Shown here: piece by piece, positions 18,201-27,430 of the stretch | How positions within the stretch are numbered: position 1 is the first letter of the stretch | Layout of the letters: each line of letters starts with the position of its first letter | Source: an uncultured archaeon | GTDB lineage: Archaea > Asgardarchaeota > Hermodarchaeia > Hermodarchaeales > Hermodarchaeaceae | Direction: 5' to 3' | Length of the DNA stretch: 64,000 bases | NCBI GenBank assembly: GCA_964347045.1 | Contig: CAYFXC010000004.1 | Span: 1-64,000, forward strand | The notes under the pieces: generated by a model | The model's database searches: none | Seen by the model: the letters and a program-made list of their open reading frames with translations, nothing else | What the model was told of the DNA's origin: nothing | Translations under genes and position numbers: made by a program

Positions 18201-20179
18201 AGATTTATTCTCTTCAGAGCATCAATTTGTGATAGAGTTGATATAATTTCAACACTAGTTAGAAAGTCGCCGAAGAGGATTGGTTCAGTGGCACCTCCCC
18301 AATCCGTAAAGCATTGGGTGATATATTTGATGAGATTCTGCTCTGCTGTGCCTAGCCCACCTGTTAGAGTGAGGGCCTTGGTGACTTGCCATGTTTCGTC
18401 AGGTGAGTTATGGAAATCGTGAAGAGTGTCACCTCGCCCCCAACCACCGTTTGGATATTGGTTTGCTAGGATGTATGTGCGACTAGTATTGATATCATAA
18501 ACACCATGTGAGTTAAGAATGGTAAGAATCTGAATGACACAAGAGGTTCCTAGGATCCATTCATCGGAATCAAGGGTAAATTTCGTATCGAAGATTGCGC
18601 TGTCATGGGGTTCTTCGCAGCTTGCAATGAAGTAGAGCAGAGCAGATTGGTTGATATAATCCAATGCATCCAGTTGTTTGAGGGCGATAAGGGCATCAGT
18701 GGAATAAACAAGATTTGCCATAAGACCTCCACTAGTAGAGAAGTAGAATCCACCAAACTCAGAATCCAGTGGATTGAGTTCTTGGCAATTGACGATGTAG
18801 TCGATTGCAGCTGTCTTGTTAATGAGATGGAGTTGATTAAGTATTGCCAAAGCCTCGATTGCAAAACGGGTAGCAGCTATGCTAGTTGTCACTGAATTAC
18901 GCTCTGTGAAAAACCCACCCGAGGTTATATCTTGACAGTCAGCTAGATAATCGCTAATTCGCGATTGGTTAAAATGCTCAAGAACATCCAAGTAATTTGC
19001 CATAAGAACACTCATGGCGGTTGTAATGCATCGATCATGTATTTGTGAACTAGATAAATCTTCAAAATACCCCATGTCTGGATTATAGCGGTCAAAAAGC
19101 CAGGACCTAAAAATCGAAAGATTTAGGGGTAATCTGTTTGTATAAACCATTTCAGTTACAAAATATGAAAATCGGATAGAAGGTTCTAACGGATATCCAA
19201 ACCCGCCTGACCCTTGTATTGCCCAATAATCTTTGTCAGAAACAGCAGGTAATTGCCAGGCAGCAAGCGTTTCTCCTAGGCGGTGTTGTAAAGATGGACG
19301 GATTAGCCAATGAATAAGATTTTCACAGAACAGCCATCCCTGCGAGTTTAGACTGCGGACCTGATTGATTCCCCAGTAGTAGATATGAGGATTGGGAGAG
19401 AAGGACCTAAACCAGAATAGTTGAGCTCCAGATCCATCAAAGTTTGTGCCTAAAACTTCAACTTTTGGAGGAAGAACTGTCATTCGATAAGCATCGTAAT
19501 TTACATGATCTGAATAGATTCCTAATCGACCACTTGTATGTGGAATTTTATGTGGAAGGGAAAAGATTTGTTGGGTTTCATCAGTAGACCAAAGATAGCG
19601 TTCAACACTCGGAATGAAGTCTGTTAGAGGGTTAAATCCAAAAAGCCGATCAAGGACTTCGTGACCATAGCCAAGAAGGAGAATAGGTTGTGAACAAGCC
19701 CCAATTGCTTCTGCATTTGCTATTGGTACCCCAAAAGACGTGTTGCTTGTTCCTACGCTAGGCGTGACGATTAATAAATCGAATTCAGAAGATTGATTGA
19801 ACGCAGCAATGTGACTTGCCGTTGTATTAAATCCGAGGTTACGAAAAAGAGAAATCCATACCCCAATGGGTTCTTGGCTTGATTCATTGACATAATCACC
19901 ATAAAGGACAAGAAGATTACCAAATGTCGCGTGATTGAGAGGTCCATTTGGTGCTGATATTTCGCTAGTCGGAGTTGCGGGGAAGTTCAAACCTTGTGGA
20001 AGTGAATGAGGTTTAGAAGTTAGAGTTTCAAAAAAGGTGGGAGCTGATTCTTGAGATGTTGAAACGACTCGATAATCATTTTGGACATTGCGGGGTGTAA
20101 TAAAACATCCGTAAAGAAGGGGGACTAGAATAAGACAAAACAAAAGAAGTTGATAGATGGCTTTCTTATTGAATGACAT
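15236..20179 (-). CDS. 1647 aa surface protein: signal anchor, prenyltransferase/squalene-cyclase-type alpha/alpha repeats, Ig-like beta domains, C-terminal TM
   Basis: Repeats YLADCQ…GGF, YIVNCQ…GGF, YILANQ…GGW; Big-like TDENG/TDVNG/TDVTG motifs; TM near the C-terminus. Confidence 0.75.
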   Translation of the reverse strand: MSFNKKAIYQLLLFCLILVPLLYGCFITPRNVQNDYRVVSTSQESAPTFFETLTSKPHSLPQGLNFPATPTSEISAPNGPLNHATFGNLLVLYGDYVNESSQEPIGVWISLFRNLGFNTTASHIAAFNQSSEFDLLIVTPSVGTSNTSFGVPIANAEAIGACSQPILLLGYGHEVLDRLFGFNPLTDFIPSVERYLWSTDETQQIFSLPHKIPHTSGRLGIYSDHVNYDAYRMTVLPPKVEVLGTNFDGSGAQLFWFRSFSPNPHIYYWGINQVRSLNSQGWLFCENLIHWLIRPSLQHRLGETLAAWQLPAVSDKDYWAIQGSGGFGYPLEPSIRFSYFVTEMVYTNRLPLNLSIFRSWLFDRYNPDMGYFEDLSSSQIHDRCITTAMSVLMANYLDVLEHFNQSRISDYLADCQDITSGGFFTERNSVTTSIAATRFAIEALAILNQLHLINKTAAIDYIVNCQELNPLDSEFGGFYFSTSGGLMANLVYSTDALIALKQLDALDYINQSALLYFIASCEEPHDSAIFDTKFTLDSDEWILGTSCVIQILTILNSHGVYDINTSRTYILANQYPNGGWGRGDTLHDFHNSPDETWQVTKALTLTGGLGTAEQNLIKYITQCFTDWGGATEPILFGDFLTSVEIISTLSQIDALKRINLTAFLKYLENCWSQSRSSFVSHQLPSVVGTDTDSPTPDRILLEAGTFGPLYHYAYSQLISILGLSGTPWTTYATQIRHEIEACQSEVLEYSGMLGLHHLYVGHESDFTFRFDTTCWNLIAHQILGGQPVDLKNASSVVSYLIRCLQTNSTHQYFYDITQTVSIPAPWRDAKDYLAETWMGLQAYAYLNPLLSNLDGQKLATYALSFLQKNPSLITTYYATEILHFLVESGLKPDAFNLHNWTSIKTDLINAFSFDGLVNDLSLPPRKWMPHLVNLALQLIHRLQLVTHLDVSPILNLTEITYPTGTLPLGQNITFSAYVTEIRWGYLPPTLQVQTQIFNTSFIDSCSLVVLGYFEHQDVIPYAPRGLGPQNLSLTAYSPGAIPNYIHIPTIFTGWGTIALQTVLSPSTRVPRSIPLNVTMQLGFDGATNFSTPLINGNVTITVETTSDTYQASLQRSNQYFAFISTHNLTPTNHILRINATVPFCSFYTETLLISVVVFDTHLYSKQIYPSAPVLFDPTSLVIELRNGTGISLGGYQIIFNITRPTEALPFHSVSSITDENGLASCTWIPNEIGEWTIVYTFSGQDMFGACQNVTLVQVKGRPLACFVTLLPSSVLYLGNQSFIQVEVSDSLNGSFLANLQIDLYENSMLLDTATTDVNGKAICQWLTSAPVGFRELHIEIMGTATYESWISSPLIYLVRDTTTLSATSNTTQLYLGETIDIDVKIVALNSANPNGTASVFWDGIWRDNILITQGFGSIKIPILYSESTGDHLIVILFGHLDTPDSYSESSTALHIYVRKIITPSITIAVDPPEIADPLLQPTLLITVHLSYINGTYSYGLSANLSIQIHSQDDVLLVTLEIETDVTGSSLIIINTPQPGLYSVAARFNGERGFAPSLAKTILLVHYPQNVVGGLFNPLLLGSVAVMIIGLLVGVIVFMRLQKQLNEFLKGIKPNQSVFTNSSINRLQSIDQSLSEQRPNDSPNLNDD

Positions 20180-20226
20180 AGATTCTAATCACCATAACAT
20201 GGATGCAGGCGAATTTTAGTTTGTTT

Positions 20227-21057
20227 TTAAGCATTTTGTCTTGGTTGTGAGGTTTGACGGTGATAACGAGAGAGTGAAAGGAGATGCCTGAGTAAATAGT
20301 TGAAAATTAGTGTCAACAAGGTGGCACCGATAAGAGCTAGAATAAGTGATTGATAGTTTATCCAGTAATGGAAAAGCAGGTGGATAGTTGGGAGGGTAGG
20401 TTCAGCAGAGACAAGTTCAATGAATATTTCGTGGACAGGCTGGTTACCGTCTTGTAGAATTGAGGTTGCACGTATTAGAACCCCTGAATGAAATTCGTAG
20501 TAATAGGATTCAAATTGCGATTGACTCGAAGAATAGGAGAGCTGCCAGCAGAGATAGTAGTTGTCACGAATTTTGAGAGAAACAAGGTCAGTTACAATAA
20601 AGGGGGCAGTCCGAAGAAGGTTATTTGTGGCTGGTTCATCGCCGTCGATTTGAATCTGATCTCCGACCTGGATGTTGGGGTGTATCCACCAGCCAGTGTA
20701 AAGTAAAAGTCCTGCAAACTGGTAGCTCCGATTCCATGCATACAAATGAGAAGCGGTGTTGAAAGACCAGGTCTTTCCATCGTCCCAAGTTAGATTCCAA
20801 GTTAGGTGTCCAATATAAGAACGGAAACCGGTCGTATTCAGATTTAATTCCAGAATTCCTTGATAGGCACTTGTTAGATTATTGTAGCGTGTTGTAACTT
20901 CGAGGCGATAGTTTCGCACTTGTTCAAAATATGTTTGTTCGTAGTTGGGTTGATTTGATAAAAAAGATCCAAAGGGAATAAGAAGGAAAATGAAATAGAA
21001 CTGATATGCACGTAAAAAGGACGGCAATCGTTGCTTATTTAAAATCGCGAAAATCAT
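20227..21057 (-). CDS. Secreted, C-terminally anchored hypothetical protein
   Basis: N- and C-terminal hydrophobic helices around a beta-rich body; ATGA overlap with the upstream gene. Confidence 0.65.
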   Translation of the reverse strand: MIFAILNKQRLPSFLRAYQFYFIFLLIPFGSFLSNQPNYEQTYFEQVRNYRLEVTTRYNNLTSAYQGILELNLNTTGFRSYIGHLTWNLTWDDGKTWSFNTASHLYAWNRSYQFAGLLLYTGWWIHPNIQVGDQIQIDGDEPATNNLLRTAPFIVTDLVSLKIRDNYYLCWQLSYSSSQSQFESYYYEFHSGVLIRATSILQDGNQPVHEIFIELVSAEPTLPTIHLLFHYWINYQSLILALIGATLLTLIFNYLLRHLLSLSRYHRQTSQPRQNA

Positions 21058-21947
21058 TCAATCTCACCGTTTTCATAATTGACGTTCGCCCAAGTAGGAA
21101 GAGATTGTAGAAGCTCTAATATTGAGGTGAGTTCAGAAGGAATTTCGGTCTGTTTGGTGTGGGAGGCTAGTATCTGGGTTTGTTCAGTGGTGAGGACTGG
21201 AATGGTGTTTAAAATTTTAAATTGTTTGAAATATTTTGTTGCTTTTTGGAGGAGAACTGCTAGTCCAAGAATACTAACGAGAATCGTTATTAGTCCAATG
21301 GATAATAGTTCAAGACCAATTAGTACACCAGAAAGCCCGAATAGTAATGGGAGAAGGATGAGGGTGATACCAAGATTTCGATAAGATTTTCGTAGATATT
21401 GAACAGCATTATTTGAATTGTCTAATTGATATGATCGCTTTGAAATTTTTTGAGTAAGAAATTCTTCAAAATGGCTAAGATGAATTAATTGAGCGGGATA
21501 AGCTCTTGCACGTTCGCGAATCGAAGGAACATAAGTTTCTGTGTGATAGATGAGCACAGGAACTATTTGGCAATAGATTGGAGCACCAGATTCATCGGTT
21601 AAAACATGCGCCCTTTTTCCGAGGAAGCTGATTAGATGGCTTTGAAAGGCCGAGTTGAGAAGGTGTGGATTAGTTGGAAACTGAGTTTGCAGATCAGAAA
21701 GAGCATGATTGAGATTGATAACCTCATTTAGAAGTGCCTTACCCATTCTGTTGATTTTCCTGTAGACAAGTATATCGCAGCAAACAACTCCTTGAACACC
21801 ATAAGTTCGAATAGCTAGGTGAGTACCCTCATCTCTTGTTGGTAAGCTCACGAACTCGTGTCGACGAAGAATTGCCTGAAGATTTCCAGTAGGATGGGGA
21901 TGCACTCTATTGGTATTAGTCTGGTTCATGATGGCGGAAGGCAGCAT
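21054..21947 (-). CDS. Hypothetical membrane protein (cytoplasmic alpha/beta domain plus 2 TM)
   Basis: Two hydrophobic helices at aa ~192-235. Confidence 0.55.
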   Translation of the reverse strand: MLPSAIMNQTNTNRVHPHPTGNLQAILRRHEFVSLPTRDEGTHLAIRTYGVQGVVCCDILVYRKINRMGKALLNEVINLNHALSDLQTQFPTNPHLLNSAFQSHLISFLGKRAHVLTDESGAPIYCQIVPVLIYHTETYVPSIRERARAYPAQLIHLSHFEEFLTQKISKRSYQLDNSNNAVQYLRKSYRNLGITLILLPLLFGLSGVLIGLELLSIGLITILVSILGLAVLLQKATKYFKQFKILNTIPVLTTEQTQILASHTKQTEIPSELTSILELLQSLPTWANVNYENGEIE

Positions 21948-22252
21948 TTGAAGAATTTTTAAGGATTACTATTCATAGCTGCAGTTAGAGGAAATTGTGA
22001 GATATTGCAAATCTAGCGCCTAAGAATTGAAGCGCTTCACCTTGAGAACAGTGCCCACCAATTATTTGCCAACAATTAATTCTAAGTAGTTAATCATTAT
22101 CATGTGATTTGTAAGGGGTTTGATACTAGAGTGTTCAGAAATTCAGAAGAAAAACTGAACAGTCTAGCATCTTTTCCTTAGACTTTAAGGGATAACCTTT
22201 AATCTCAGAGAGCAAGGGGAAGGCAACAAACGACAAAGTTGAGGTAAAAAAC

Positions 22253-22492
22253 GTGACAGTTTCAGCATATTTCTTGTGTAAGGTTTTCATGGGTCATATT
22301 CAAAATGTCGTGGATGCTCTAAGGGAGCTTAAGGAGGCTACAAGTATTACCGTCACAACAGGAGATTATGATATAATTGCTCGATTTAATTTACCAAATC
22401 TTGAGGCACTTTATAATCTAACTGTAAATCATATCGGAAAGATCCAAGGTCTAGAGAGCGTTACGACATCTATAGTCGAAAAAGAATTTTAA
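22253..22492 (+). CDS. Stand-alone Lrp/AsnC ligand-binding (RAM) domain protein
   Basis: VTTGDYDIIA…IGKIQGLESVTTSI; no HTH; GAGGT RBS. Confidence 0.85.
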   Translation: MTVSAYFLCKVFMGHIQNVVDALRELKEATSITVTTGDYDIIARFNLPNLEALYNLTVNHIGKIQGLESVTTSIVEKEF

Positions 22493-22513
22493 CAATGATA
22501 ATAGGCATCAAAA

Positions 22514-23812
22514 GTGGAGCGGGTATCATTGCGAGCAGCGATGGAGAGGCGGATGGGTGCCCTACGAACAAAGCCAGTATTCTATTTTCTGGCGCTCATT
22601 TCAGGAGTTCTTTACGCTTTTTCCGTTTTCTACGACGTGCTTCTTTATCGATTATACTTTTACCCCTTTCTTCCAGACATATATTCATCTGTGGCTTTTG
22701 CACTTGGCGAACAATGGTTGGCACTCCTTTTCACCGTAATTTTACTCGTAATCGTAAGTATTCCAACAAACCGAGCGCGTCGTAGGAGTCTTGGGACCCA
22801 AATCGATCGATCCTTCGCCCATATAGCATTACCCTCACGGAAAAACATTCGTGATATTATCCTTGCTGGAATCTTTGCTGGTGTTGCTACTTTTGCATAC
22901 TATTTTGTCGCAGGGCAAAGCAGCGATGTCTCAGCTGTTATTCCTTTCTCACGCCTTTCACTAATTTACTTAATGATTGGTGATCTGATCCTTATCCGAG
23001 ATTGGCCTAGCTCACTTGAAGCCCTCTCCATTATCGTAATCGCATTTGGAGTTATTTTGGTGGGTGTAGCGCCCGTAGGTCTCTTCAATCCTTATTTATT
23101 GCTATTTGTAGTCACAGTGTGGGCAGGTGGCATTGCCATTAGCGTGTTCTTTCAAAGCCGGGCAAAACGTACTGAGATACGTCCGAAGGCGACAATTGAC
23201 TCTTTGAATCTGCGTTTGTGGATTCTTCTTTTTCTAAATATTGTCATGACCCTTTTCATGATTCCGTTCATTACCCCCGAAGTATTCAATATCCTCGCCA
23301 TACAACTTCCAGTAGTTTGGGGTTGGCTTCTACTTCCTGTAGCATTAACCTTCTTCTCACTAGTTGCATATCTTCAAGCCCTTGGTCGCGGAAAAATGTC
23401 CATTGTCCAAAGCATTGGATCCATTGCTATCGTCCTAGGAATTCCCTTAACCATGGTAGGGGCAATCCTTTATCCGGGCATTTTCTTTCCCCCTGCAAGC
23501 GACTTTTTATCCTGGATGGTAAAACTCACCGGCACGATTTTCGTGGTTGCAGGAATTGTAGCTTTATCAAGTGCCACGTTACGAGGATATGTGTTTGTAA
23601 AATTGCGACCAGGAACTGGTGATATCATGAGTGAATTACGACGCATCCATGGTGTTCGCAGTGTATCAGCAATTTCAGGACGCTGGGATTATCTCATACG
23701 GATCGAGATTCGCACTCTAAGCAGCACACGTGTGAAAACTCTCCGGAAAATCGAAGAAATCAAAGGCGTCACTGACATGGAAACTTCTCTTATCCTTAAA
23801 GAATGGGAATAA
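22514..23812 (+). CDS. DMT/EamA-like 10-TM transporter fused to a C-terminal Lrp/AsnC RAM domain
   Basis: Two 5-TM halves; C-terminus ISGRWDYLIRI…IEEIKGVTDMETSL. Confidence 0.75.
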   Translation: MERVSLRAAMERRMGALRTKPVFYFLALISGVLYAFSVFYDVLLYRLYFYPFLPDIYSSVAFALGEQWLALLFTVILLVIVSIPTNRARRRSLGTQIDRSFAHIALPSRKNIRDIILAGIFAGVATFAYYFVAGQSSDVSAVIPFSRLSLIYLMIGDLILIRDWPSSLEALSIIVIAFGVILVGVAPVGLFNPYLLLFVVTVWAGGIAISVFFQSRAKRTEIRPKATIDSLNLRLWILLFLNIVMTLFMIPFITPEVFNILAIQLPVVWGWLLLPVALTFFSLVAYLQALGRGKMSIVQSIGSIAIVLGIPLTMVGAILYPGIFFPPASDFLSWMVKLTGTIFVVAGIVALSSATLRGYVFVKLRPGTGDIMSELRRIHGVRSVSAISGRWDYLIRIEIRTLSSTRVKTLRKIEEIKGVTDMETSLILKEWE

Positions 23813-23893
23813 ACACCCAAGTTTCTGCTTTAGTTTTCAAACAGCCTCCGTAACCTATTTAAAAAGACCAAATTCTGCCCAATTCTGATTACG

Positions 23894-24841
23894 ATGGAAC
23901 CAAGCACTCTATTACCCATTGAAGGGCTAAGTGAAGGCTATGGCCTTCGAGATGAAGCCTTAGATCAATTGCTGATGACTACAGGTTACCGTGAGGTAAC
24001 GCTACAATATCGCTCTGCAATAAAGAGCGTTCAAGATGCATTTTGTAGCGATATGCGACTTCGCATTATTTCGATGCCCTACGAAGCTGAGGAAGATCCG
24101 CTTTGGCCCCATATGGCTTGGATGCCGTTATGGTCCAATCGAGATACCTGTGTCTTGGTGGCGGATCCATTGCAAACCCCTAGCCGTCATGATATCGATT
24201 ATTGCATTCCATTAGGATTTGCTCAACATTATGCACACGGAGAAGAAGATTACCCATATTACATGCCCATTAGTGCCCCGGAAATGATTCTTCCACAATA
24301 CCTAGAATGTCATCCTATTCAGTTTTCACCCATATACGCACTTAATCCAAAGATTCCTCATGATTACGATGATAGCGATCCAACCCTCTTCTCCCTAACA
24401 CTTGAAACCATTTTCCGTCTCAGAGTATATCTTGCTGATCAACTTCTAATCGATCGTGGATATGGTACGGGAGTGGCGTATCAGCACACAACTTTCCTTT
24501 ATGAACTTCCAATTCCGGCAGTTCCTGATGTTATATCATCACCGTGGTCCTTCGCTTTTCTACTCATGGATTCTGCCCGAGCTATAATCACCTTAGGACA
24601 AACGGACTGCATAACTTGGACTGGACTTCAGAATCTTATTAATCATGCTCGAAGCCGAATACAAGAACTTGATCTTCTTGTGGGAAACATCACGCCAAAT
24701 GCTACATTCCTAAGTCATTTTGATCAAATTCACCAATATTATACAACCCTTCATCGATCACTTCTTCGTCATCCTTCTGAAGCGAATAATTTCATTCTAA
24801 CACTGCTAGAAAGAGCGGGAATTTTTCAAGAAGAGAGCTAG
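23894..24841 (+). CDS. Hypothetical protein
   Basis: 315 aa ORF with TATA-like tatttaaaa upstream; no confident motif. Confidence 0.55.
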   Translation: MEPSTLLPIEGLSEGYGLRDEALDQLLMTTGYREVTLQYRSAIKSVQDAFCSDMRLRIISMPYEAEEDPLWPHMAWMPLWSNRDTCVLVADPLQTPSRHDIDYCIPLGFAQHYAHGEEDYPYYMPISAPEMILPQYLECHPIQFSPIYALNPKIPHDYDDSDPTLFSLTLETIFRLRVYLADQLLIDRGYGTGVAYQHTTFLYELPIPAVPDVISSPWSFAFLLMDSARAIITLGQTDCITWTGLQNLINHARSRIQELDLLVGNITPNATFLSHFDQIHQYYTTLHRSLLRHPSEANNFILTLLERAGIFQEES

Positions 24842-24972
24842 TCCTTGTTAGGCATCCTAAGCCCGATATTTGTCGTTTGAGATAAAAGTCATAATCCGTC
24901 ACGGGAAAATGGTAGTTTAAATGCTTAAAAGCAAAAACGAATCACAGATATGCCCTATCTAATTGGTGACTC

Positions 24973-25608
24973 TTGATGGTAGAGCCTTTACTTCCGATTA
25001 TTGAAATTTTCAAAGTTTTTGTAATGACCTTTATTGGCTGTATTCTTTTGGCCAAATGGATTAGAGGAGAAAAACGGTTCTACACAGATATGCCCTTCCT
25101 CTTCGGTATTGCTATGCTCTTTGCTGCAGCAGGAGAAAGTGCAGAGGTCTTGATGGATTTGGGGTTACTCCCGACTGAACTGATCATTTTTAAAATTCGG
25201 ACCACCATTGTGGCTTTTACCCTTATATTTTGGCTAATCGCAACTGTATTAATCTGGTTTAGTGAACGTCCACGATTAGGATACCTCATCGTGATTGGAT
25301 ACATTATAATTCTCCTATCCGTGATTTGGCTTGCTCCCGAAATAAATTTGGTCCGCCTTTGGGTGATGCCTTTCCTTTTTGCCCTCTTCATTGTTTTTGT
25401 AATCACCTTTATCCTTGCTTGGTATTGGAAACGCTTACCTGATGTCCACGGGCTGGTCATGGCGATAGGTGTTATTATTGCCATGTTTGGACAAGCACTC
25501 AAAGTATCGTTTAGTACCATTGGTCTAACGTGGGTTTCTGAAATAATCGATTTGGTTGGGCTTAGTATCTTAGCCCTTGGATTACTCATTAAGCCAGGTT
25601 ATGCATAA
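24973..25608 (+). CDS. Hypothetical 7-TM membrane protein
   Basis: Seven hydrophobic segments, no soluble domain. Confidence 0.65.
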   Translation: MMVEPLLPIIEIFKVFVMTFIGCILLAKWIRGEKRFYTDMPFLFGIAMLFAAAGESAEVLMDLGLLPTELIIFKIRTTIVAFTLIFWLIATVLIWFSERPRLGYLIVIGYIIILLSVIWLAPEINLVRLWVMPFLFALFIVFVITFILAWYWKRLPDVHGLVMAIGVIIAMFGQALKVSFSTIGLTWVSEIIDLVGLSILALGLLIKPGYA

Positions 25609-25660
25609 GCTAGTCCTCTCATTTGAAACAAAGGAGATTCTCATGAATTTGAAAAAGGAG

Positions 25661-25704
25661 AATTGCGAGAGCTTCAGAAAGTTAGTGCCCTTGCTCTCGC
25701 AATT
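25661..25704 (-). terminator. Intrinsic-type terminator after the GH3 gene
   Basis: 12 bp perfect IR aattgcgagagc/gctctcgcaatt starting 9 nt past the stop, followed on the minus strand by ctccttttt. Confidence 0.65.
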
Positions 25705-25712
25705 TTCTCATT

Positions 25713-27290
25713 TTATCCTTCAACTGAAATCGGGGTAGATATCAGATTTTGAAGTGCTTGATCTAGACTGGTTATTCGGGGCATTTTGGTTTGCCCAATG
25801 GCTTTATTGTGTTCACGAAGGCGTTGACGTTCAAGGGTGTCAAAGATTCCTATTGTAACAGGATGAATAACAGCAGGGAGAATTGTCCGGGCCTCGCGAA
25901 CGTGATAGTACAGTTCGCTGACTTCTTGTAGGTGAGTGTCAAATCGTTTCGAGAATGCATCTAGATTCGGTGGTGATTGACCGAATTCGGCAAAGACATG
26001 ATAGGTTCCACCCTTTGCAGTCACTTCGGGGGCAACTACAAATTCCCGTATTAGTAGCCCCTGGTCCTCACAGGTCAGCGTGAGAGCAACGCTGATATCA
26101 CCCTCAGTGACTTTTTCACCACTGATATTTATGGTGTTTTGACTTTTTCCAAGACATTGGAGAGTTGGGGGATTCTTTGATGTAAATACAACAAGGTCAT
26201 GGACATCATATCGCCATAATCCACTTGGAGCCGTTATAACGATACGATAGGGAGTATTGATTTTGACATCAGATAGGGGAATAGTTTGTGCGTCGGGAGA
26301 AATAGGACCCTCTTGGGATGGTACAAATTCGAATATTATATCATCTACAACAGGTACAACTCCACGTTGATCTTCGTACAGTTGAAATCCATAGGTGCCC
26401 TCAGTTCCCGCATAAGCTTCGTGTACATGCACATCGCCCACAAGATCTTTGATAACGGGTGAATACAATTCTTTTACTACACCAGATGAAAAAATAACAG
26501 ACAAGTTTGGCCACAGGGTTTGTAGATCAAGTAAGTTTTCTTTCGTAACTGCCGTATTTATTCGCCTTCGAGCCTTTGATGATATGCTAGTATCAGACAT
26601 TAGCCAGTCTAGAGATTCGAATTTAGTACGCCGAAGTAACGCCATGACAAAGGAGGTCAATCCTATACAAGCAGTGATATTAGGTTTTTCAATCGCTTGT
26701 CGAATGGTTTCTCGGAATTTTTCTTCCCAGTCAAGAATGTCAAACACATCAGTCTTGGGAACGATTTTACTCTTAAGAAATGGATTAGCATGTTTCATGC
26801 CATAACCCGTTAGATAGCCGATATCCCAGTTTTCCGTTCGTTTATAGATAGAAGGCGCCATTATTGCGAGAAGTTTCCCTTGTAGGAAAGATCGGATGTT
26901 ATCTGCTGAAGCAAAATAAAGTAACTGAAATCGGTTTGCGGATTTCCAAGTTGTAGGCGTGTAAGGAATTAGTTTAGGTTCACCTGTCGTACCACTCGTC
27001 GCCATTACAGCGAAGATTGGTTCAGGATAAAATACGTTTTGATTACCATTCAATTCCGCTTGGATGAATGGCTGAAGGTCTTTATACTGATTAATGGCAA
27101 CATTGTCTATGAAATCTTTATAATTGTTAATCTGAGAGAATTTATGTCGTTTGCCATAAACCGTATTTTTCGAAAAGCCAACTAGTTCTTTAAGTCGTTT
27201 AGACTGAGCAGCGTTAGGATCTTGCAGATTCTTGATAAACGGTTTAACCTTCGTTCGATAGAGAACTTTTGAAATCAGGTTCCATATCAT
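25713..27290 (-). CDS. GH3-family acyl-acid amido synthetase-like protein (ANL superfamily)
   Basis: TSGTTGEPKLIP, YAGTEG, GLWRYDVHD, GEKVTE, GQTKMPR. Confidence 0.9.
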   Translation of the reverse strand: MIWNLISKVLYRTKVKPFIKNLQDPNAAQSKRLKELVGFSKNTVYGKRHKFSQINNYKDFIDNVAINQYKDLQPFIQAELNGNQNVFYPEPIFAVMATSGTTGEPKLIPYTPTTWKSANRFQLLYFASADNIRSFLQGKLLAIMAPSIYKRTENWDIGYLTGYGMKHANPFLKSKIVPKTDVFDILDWEEKFRETIRQAIEKPNITACIGLTSFVMALLRRTKFESLDWLMSDTSISSKARRRINTAVTKENLLDLQTLWPNLSVIFSSGVVKELYSPVIKDLVGDVHVHEAYAGTEGTYGFQLYEDQRGVVPVVDDIIFEFVPSQEGPISPDAQTIPLSDVKINTPYRIVITAPSGLWRYDVHDLVVFTSKNPPTLQCLGKSQNTINISGEKVTEGDISVALTLTCEDQGLLIREFVVAPEVTAKGGTYHVFAEFGQSPPNLDAFSKRFDTHLQEVSELYYHVREARTILPAVIHPVTIGIFDTLERQRLREHNKAIGQTKMPRITSLDQALQNLISTPISVEG

Positions 27291-27430
27291 TTTTTTCGCT
27301 CCTAATCATTTCATGAGCGAAACCTCCACACAAATAGGACCAGAGGCATTGTTCCACCACGCTCACCTCGAAGCCACTAGCGGAATCAATGCCTGGTCAG
27401 CATGAGTATTTGTCCGCAAAGTTTCGCTCC
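27291..27430 (-). promoter_or_regulatory. Structured 5' leader of the GH3 gene with alternative pairings (riboswitch/attenuator-like)
   Basis: Long imperfect hairpin 27315-27429; its arm at 27315-27323 is also complementary to the RBS region 27294-27301; TATA-like element at 27459-27466. Confidence 0.55.

Noticed and set aside
24220-24250. Zinc metallopeptidase motif in 23894..24841 (AQHYAHGEE)
   Set aside because: Not HExxH; the catalytic Glu is missing and the His spacing is wrong
27315-27430. Known riboswitch class (c-di-GMP, SAM, fluoride, FMN, TPP) or tRNA/SRP fragment
   Set aside because: I could not match the conserved cores by eye; cmscan against Rfam is needed
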